Source of the DNA: Methanopyrus kandleri AV19 | GTDB taxonomy: Archaea; JAADCQ01; Methanopyri; Methanopyrales; Methanopyraceae | Assembly: GCF_000007185.1 (NCBI RefSeq) | Contig: NC_003551.1 | Location: forward strand, 570,001-602,000 | Length of the DNA: 32,000 nt | Direction: 5' to 3' | Part shown: positions 27,757 to 32,000 of the stretch, piece by piece | Layout of the letters: each line of letters begins with the position of its first letter | Numbering within the stretch: position 1 is the first letter of the stretch | Position numbers and translations under genes: made by a program | The notes under the pieces: model-generated | The model's input: the letters and a program-made list of their open reading frames with translations, nothing else | What the model was told of the DNA's origin: nothing | Database searches by the model: none

Positions 27757-28430
27757 TCGAGAAAGAACCGGTACCCCTGCAGGTCGGCGACTACCGTCTG
27801 TACTTCCGCCTCTGGGCCCTCGGCGACGCGGACGCCATCTCGGACGTGCTGTACAGGGAATTATATCCCCACGAGTGGCTCGAGGGGTCCCGCGAGGTCG
27901 TCGACGTGGGTGCCCACGTGGGCGCCTTCACGGTCCTCGCGGCCGCCCACGGTGCCCGCGAGATCCTCGCGATCGAACCCCACCCCGACAACGCCGAGCT
28001 CCTCCGGCGCAACGTCGAGGAGAACGACCTGAACGCCGAGGTCGTCGAAGCCGCCGCCTACGACCGCGAGGACGTCGTCAAGATGTACCTCAGCCCCTCC
28101 ACCGTCGCCCACTCCGTCGAGCTCGTCCGCTCCCGGGAGACCATCGACGTCGAGACCGTCGCCCTCGACGACCTGGGGACCTCGCCCGATCTGATCAAGA
28201 TCGACGCCGAAGGGGCCGAGGAGCGCGTCCTCCGCGGGGCCGAGCGGACCCTCGAGGAACACGCCCCCGTCCTCCTGATCTCCGCCTACCACTATCCAGG
28301 GCAGGAGGAGGACCTCCGACGATGGCTCGAGGACAGGAACTACCGGGTCGAGGTGCTCGTCCGGGAGACGAGCCCGTACAGGAGCCCCGCCCTACGCGTA
28401 CCGGTGATAGTGGCCGAACCCCGCGCCTGA
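27753..28430 (+). CDS. FkbM-family SAM-dependent methyltransferase
   Basis: I prefer GTG at 27753, because the track ORF from 27390 has an R-rich prefix. VVDVGAHVGAFTV (SAM motif I), AIEPHPDNAELLRRNV, and LIKIDAEGAEERVLRGA are typical of the FkbM domain. Confidence 0.75.
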   Translation: MIEKEPVPLQVGDYRLYFRLWALGDADAISDVLYRELYPHEWLEGSREVVDVGAHVGAFTVLAAAHGAREILAIEPHPDNAELLRRNVEENDLNAEVVEAAAYDREDVVKMYLSPSTVAHSVELVRSRETIDVETVALDDLGTSPDLIKIDAEGAEERVLRGAERTLEEHAPVLLISAYHYPGQEEDLRRWLEDRNYRVEVLVRETSPYRSPALRVPVIVAEPRA

Positions 28431-28936
28431 TCGTCCTCCACGCCCGCGACTGCGACCCGAAAGCCTGCACGGCCCTACGGGCCCATCGTATGGGTCTCGT
28501 CGAGCTCACTAGGCATCCCGGGGACGTGCCCACCGGTGCCGTCGTCCTGGACCCGACCGTGGAGAAGGCCCTCTCCCGCGAGGATCGCGATGCCGCCCTG
28601 GAGCGCGGACTGGTCGCCGTGGACTGCTCCTGGGAGCACGTCCACCGGTACTTCGGGCCGCTCAGACGACGCTGCCGGCACAGGATCCTCCCCTACCTGA
28701 TCGCGGCTAACCCCGTCAACTACGGCAAACCCTGCAAGCTGAGCACCGTGGAGGCGCTCGCCGCCGCCCTGTACATCCTCGGGTTCAGGCGGGAGGCCGA
28801 GGAGTTCATTTCGCGGTTCAAGTGGGGTCCCGCCTTCCTGGAGCTCAACCGCGAACGGCTCGAAGCGTACCGGCGGGCCGAGACGAGTGCCGAGGTCGTG
28901 CGCGTGCAGGAAGAGTTCCTTCCAGACGGTCTGTGA
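28322..28936 (+). CDS. tsr3: Tsr3-like SSU rRNA aminocarboxypropyltransferase (DUF367), start uncertain
   Basis: LIVLHARDCDPKACTALRAH..., DCSWEHV, PYLIAANPVNYGKPCKLSTVEALAAALYILGF and KWGPAFLELN match the Tsr3 family. No ATG, GTG or TTG lies between ATG 28322 and the conserved N-terminus at 28427. Confidence 0.75.
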   Translation: MARGQELPGRGARPGDEPVQEPRPTRTGDSGRTPRLIVLHARDCDPKACTALRAHRMGLVELTRHPGDVPTGAVVLDPTVEKALSREDRDAALERGLVAVDCSWEHVHRYFGPLRRRCRHRILPYLIAANPVNYGKPCKLSTVEALAAALYILGFRREAEEFISRFKWGPAFLELNRERLEAYRRAETSAEVVRVQEEFLPDGL

Positions 28937-28945
28937 TCAGCCGTC

Positions 28946-28973
28946 CGTGAATCGTTATGTAACTCGTAACGAT
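28946..28973. repeat. Palindromic intergenic motif, copy 4
   Basis: CGTGA-ATCGTTATG-TAACT-CGTAACGAT forms a 9-bp stem including one G-U pair. It lies in the convergent spacer between tsr3 and the surface protein gene. Confidence 0.5.
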
Positions 28974-28997
28974 AGGTGAGAAGAAAGGAGAGGGGGA

Positions 28998-30623
28998 TTA
29001 GCGGCGCCGGAGGACCGCCAGCGCCGCCAGCAGCCCGGCCAGTACAACCATCGGGCTTACCGGTACTCCCTTCTTCATCCCGTTCTTGATCTCCTGTATT
29101 TCTGCGTTGATGTTGTTGATATCGCTCTTAATATTGGCTATCTCCGAGCTCATGGAGCCTATCTGCGCACTGAGCGTGCTGACGGCGTGCTCGAGGTTAC
29201 TCACACGCTGCTCCAGCGACGTCACGGGCGGGACGCCGGTTCCTAGCGCTACCGTGCGCAGACCCTCTAGGTAGTCGTTGAGGTCGATCTTGACGAGTAC
29301 CTTCGGTTCCTTGGCCCCGATTATGGTCACCAGTCCTGTCACCGGGTCGTAGGTGATCCCACCGACGGGCGTACCGTCCGGGTTGGTGGCCGACAGTCTA
29401 CCCGTCAGATCGAGGGTCTTCTGGTGTGCCATTCCGAAGAGGTCCTCCCAGCTGGCCTTGACGGTAATCGCACCGACGATCTTGTACGTCGGGCTCTCCG
29501 GGGTCACCGAGATAGTCTCGGCACTGAGATCGATAGTCACGTTGTGGACCACGACCGCTAGGTAGCAGTCCATGTTGGCTATGTCGATCACGAGTGCCGG
29601 GATCGCATTGGGCCAGGTGTTCAGGACGATCCCGTAGGCCGTGGGATAAACCTCCGAAACCATGTCACTGCTGACGCCGCCAGTCGCCTGAGCCACGATC
29701 TGACCGCTCGAGTACGTCACCTGCGCGGGTACCGTGGGTGTCTTCAGCTGGAACCCGTAGAACCCCGGCACCTCCTCGTCGATACCGATGTTGTCCTCAC
29801 CCGATACCTCGGGTACCTCCAGCACCACTACGTTCGGTACCATTCCCATCCAGCCAGGCGGAATTGGAATCATCTGGCGGTGTGTTCGGATCGTCGGCAG
29901 TACCCAGTACACGTTGTACGCCATCCCTCCAGAACCGACGAAGACGAACTGCTTGGTCGCGAATATCGGTGTTGCACCCACGCTCAGTGTTCTGAGCAGT
30001 GGAACCACACTGAGGCTTCCGTCCTTGACCAGGTAGCACTCACCGCTCGTGTCGGTAACGAGCAGGTACATGGGGCTACCTCCGTAGTACATCGAGATCG
30101 TCGCCGGCTGGTTACCTGCGGTCACGCTGAACGTGAGGCTGTCCGTGACGCTACCGTCGGCGGCGATCTTGAACACCACCGCGCTGGCAGGGTTAGCTGA
30201 GTCGTGCGCGACTATGTACGGACCGTCGGCATCGTCGATCACCACGTTGGTGAACCCTGCCGGCGGCGCGAGGGTCCTTACCACCGTCAAGCTCGGTGAG
30301 GACGGGTTGGTGATGTCGAGGACGGCGTACGCGTTGGTACCCAGTATCGCCAGCAGCAGGTGCGTGGCGTCTATCTTCGTCAGCTTAACGCCGCTGATAG
30401 TACCCGCCATTGTCACTGGGACCGTCGGATTCGGGGGAATCACCGTAATCACCGATGTGGTCGGGGCCGTCCAGATCTCCACGACGGGATTCAACGCAGC
30501 GTCGGTTCCGGTCACGGCGATGTACGCGTTACCGCCCACTTCGAGCGGGTGGAAGTCCGTCAGTGTGGTTATGGCGGTGGGCACACCGGGGTACGAAATC
30601 GGTGTGATCGGCAGGCCTGTCAA
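28998..30623 (-). CDS. Surface protein, C-terminal fragment (beta-rich, coiled coil, C-terminal TM anchor)
   Basis: 541 aa from an internal TTG. There is no signal peptide at this N-terminus. It has an LVIVD-repeat-like segment (NAYAVLDITNPSSPSL), a coiled coil (LEQRVSNLEHAVSTLSAQIGSMSSEIANIKSDINNINAEIQEIKNG), then VVLAGLLAALAVLRRR. The frame stays open and protein-like upstream to the TAA at 30702-30704. Confidence 0.7.
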   Translation of the reverse strand: MTGLPITPISYPGVPTAITTLTDFHPLEVGGNAYIAVTGTDAALNPVVEIWTAPTTSVITVIPPNPTVPVTMAGTISGVKLTKIDATHLLLAILGTNAYAVLDITNPSSPSLTVVRTLAPPAGFTNVVIDDADGPYIVAHDSANPASAVVFKIAADGSVTDSLTFSVTAGNQPATISMYYGGSPMYLLVTDTSGECYLVKDGSLSVVPLLRTLSVGATPIFATKQFVFVGSGGMAYNVYWVLPTIRTHRQMIPIPPGWMGMVPNVVVLEVPEVSGEDNIGIDEEVPGFYGFQLKTPTVPAQVTYSSGQIVAQATGGVSSDMVSEVYPTAYGIVLNTWPNAIPALVIDIANMDCYLAVVVHNVTIDLSAETISVTPESPTYKIVGAITVKASWEDLFGMAHQKTLDLTGRLSATNPDGTPVGGITYDPVTGLVTIIGAKEPKVLVKIDLNDYLEGLRTVALGTGVPPVTSLEQRVSNLEHAVSTLSAQIGSMSSEIANIKSDINNINAEIQEIKNGMKKGVPVSPMVVLAGLLAALAVLRRR

Positions 30624-31020
30624 TACCGTCAGTGTGTTCCCGCTGATGGTCGCGGTGCCGGTGTACCTGTAGATCGTACCGGTCGTGATGTCTATGTCTA
30701 CTTACGGTGAAGTCGATGTTGCCTCCCACCATCTCCGCTTTGGCTACCTTAGGCTGTGTGTATACTGTCGCAACTATGGGTGCTGTAGTCCATGCCTGGG
30801 TGGGAGGGTTGCCTGCCTCCACGGCGCCGAGATTACCGCTGTTGTCTATGACCAACGACGTGGGCTTGCTGGCTCCCTCTACGTTCAACCCTTGGACTGG
30901 CTGAGGGTTCAACGCCGCGTTGGTCTGCGTCAACCCGTGCGCCGGTCCTACGACGGCCAGCAGCACGGCGGTCAGGGCGGCCAGCCAGGCGGCCGGCCTG
31001 GGTAGGTTACCCAACTCCAT
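30529..31020 (-). CDS. Surface protein, N-terminal fragment with signal peptide (frame lost at about 30700)
   Basis: ATG at 31020 is preceded by GGGGGTGG. The sequence MELGNLPRPAAWLAALTAVLLAVVGPAHG looks like a signal peptide and is followed by beta-rich sequence up to ...GGNIDFTV. After about 30700 this frame turns into H/R-rich junk, while the adjacent frame continues protein-like. Confidence 0.6.
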   Translation of the reverse strand: MELGNLPRPAAWLAALTAVLLAVVGPAHGLTQTNAALNPQPVQGLNVEGASKPTSLVIDNSGNLGAVEAGNPPTQAWTTAPIVATVYTQPKVAKAEMVGGNIDFTVSRHRHHDRYDLQVHRHRDHQREHTDGIDRPADHTDFVPRCAHRHNHTDGLPPARSGR

Positions 31021-31206
31021 TCCACCCCCTGCGAACCACATACACATGCGTTTCCTGAACACTTTAGTTTCCTGACTTCATGAGATGACACAACGCTCCT
31101 CTACAACCTAAATACGGGATTATGCGTTTCGGAAACGTCGGAGGCCGAAAAGTCACCGGCGTCACTAAATTAGCTGACTAGCCGAGGAGTGCAGGGGGGT
31201 GTTCGG

Positions 31207-31356
31207 ATGGCGAAGTTTCCGGAGGCGGAGGCCCGGATCTTCAACAAACTGATCTGCATGAAGTGTAACGCGAGGAACCCACCGGACGCCACGAAGTGCA
31301 GGAAGTGCGGGTACAAGGGACTACGACCCAAGGCCAGGGAGCCGAGAGGCGGTTAG
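31207..31356 (+). CDS. rpl40e: 50S ribosomal protein L40e
   Basis: 49 aa, below the ORF-track cut-off: [49 protein letters not shown]. It has the C4 zinc-ribbon pattern of L40e, with GGGGGGTG upstream. Confidence 0.88.
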   Translation: MAKFPEAEARIFNKLICMKCNARNPPDATKCRKCGYKGLRPKAREPRGG

Positions 31357-31359
31357 ACC

Positions 31360-32000
31360 ATGGGCGTGTTCGGGTACTTGCGGGAGCGCACCCCCTGTCA
31401 TCTCACCCTGCTCGACCCCGTGGACGTGGGTCCGGAGGAGGTCCCGGAGGTCCTGGAGTCGCTGGTGAAGGCGGGCACGGACGCGGTGATGGTCGGCGGT
31501 TCGACTGCGCACGCATCGCAGGTGGAAGCGGTGGTGGAGGCGATCCGGGAGGTCGCGGACGTCCCGGTGATCCTGTTCCCGAACGGCCCGGAAGGTCTCG
31601 CGCCGAACGCGGACGCGGTGCTGTTCATGAGCCTACTCAACTCGCGGAACACGTACTACCTGATCGAGGCGCAGGTGAAGGGCGCGCCGTTGGTGGAGCG
31701 GTTCGGGCTGGAATCGATCCCGACGGGCTACCTGATCGTGGGCGAGTGGGGTACGACCGTCTCGGTGGTCGGAGACGCGCGGGTGATCCCGTTCGATCGG
31801 GTCGAGGTGATCGTCGCGTACGCGCTGGCGGCGAAGCACCTGGGCATGAAGGCGGTGTACCTGGAGGCGGGGAGCGGTGCGCCGGAGCCGGTGCCGCCCG
31901 AGGTGGTGCGGCGAGTCTCGGGGATCGGGGTGTTCACGATCGTGGGCGGCGGTATCCGGAGCCCGGAGACCGCACGGGAGCTCGCCGAGGCGGGCGCGGA
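31360..32000 (+). CDS. Geranylgeranylglyceryl phosphate synthase (PcrB/GGGPS family), 3' truncated by window
   Basis: ATG at 31360, open to the window end, so it is not in the track. HLTLLDPVD, DAVMVGGS, VILFPNGP, LFMSLLNSRN, YLEAGSGA and VGGGIRS are family hallmarks. Confidence 0.88.
   Translation, partial: MGVFGYLRERTPCHLTLLDPVDVGPEEVPEVLESLVKAGTDAVMVGGSTAHASQVEAVVEAIREVADVPVILFPNGPEGLAPNADAVLFMSLLNSRNTYYLIEAQVKGAPLVERFGLESIPTGYLIVGEWGTTVSVVGDARVIPFDRVEVIVAYALAAKHLGMKAVYLEAGSGAPEPVPPEVVRRVSGIGVFTIVGGGIRSPETARELAEAGA

Overview
High-GC archaeal chromosomal window, mostly densely packed housekeeping genes. It is most consistent with a Methanopyrus kandleri-like hyperthermophilic methanogen. 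The evidence for that is an mch gene, acid-rich proteins, tRNA genes with C at position 8 and encoded CCA, and use of selenocysteine.

Recognisable genes are map, a Lon-like AAA+ ATPase, dnaG, gap, tfb, argH, mch, aroA, aroC, a class V aminotransferase, a YrdC/TsaC-like protein, tsr3, rpl40e and GGGP synthase (3' truncated). RNA genes are a 23S rRNA with no linked 16S or 5S, tRNA-Val(UAC) and tRNA-Leu(GAG).

Main findings that the ORF track does not show:
1. A hidden MvhD/VhuD-like selenoprotein gene with two in-frame UGA codons and a textbook archaeal GAA/A SECIS in its 3' UTR.
2. Two paralogous tandem-V4R genes interleaved with aroA, aroC and the aminotransferase. Both have broken reading frames (an in-frame TAA, and a frame change with a short deletion). 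Both keep the same palindrome 9-28 nt upstream of their starts.
3. A translationally coupled pair: a Zn-ribbon/PUA/PP-loop/Cys-cluster enzyme followed by a SelA-like PLP enzyme.
4. An overlapping four-gene cluster of YrdC-like, small conserved protein, FkbM-type methyltransferase and Tsr3. Tsr3 has no canonical start codon next to its conserved N-terminus.
5. A roughly 670-aa surface protein gene split by a 1-nt frameshift.
6. A GC-rich, heavily base-paired 260-nt intergenic region that may be an ncRNA.
7. A four-copy palindromic intergenic motif family.

No CRISPR array, transposase or integrase was seen.
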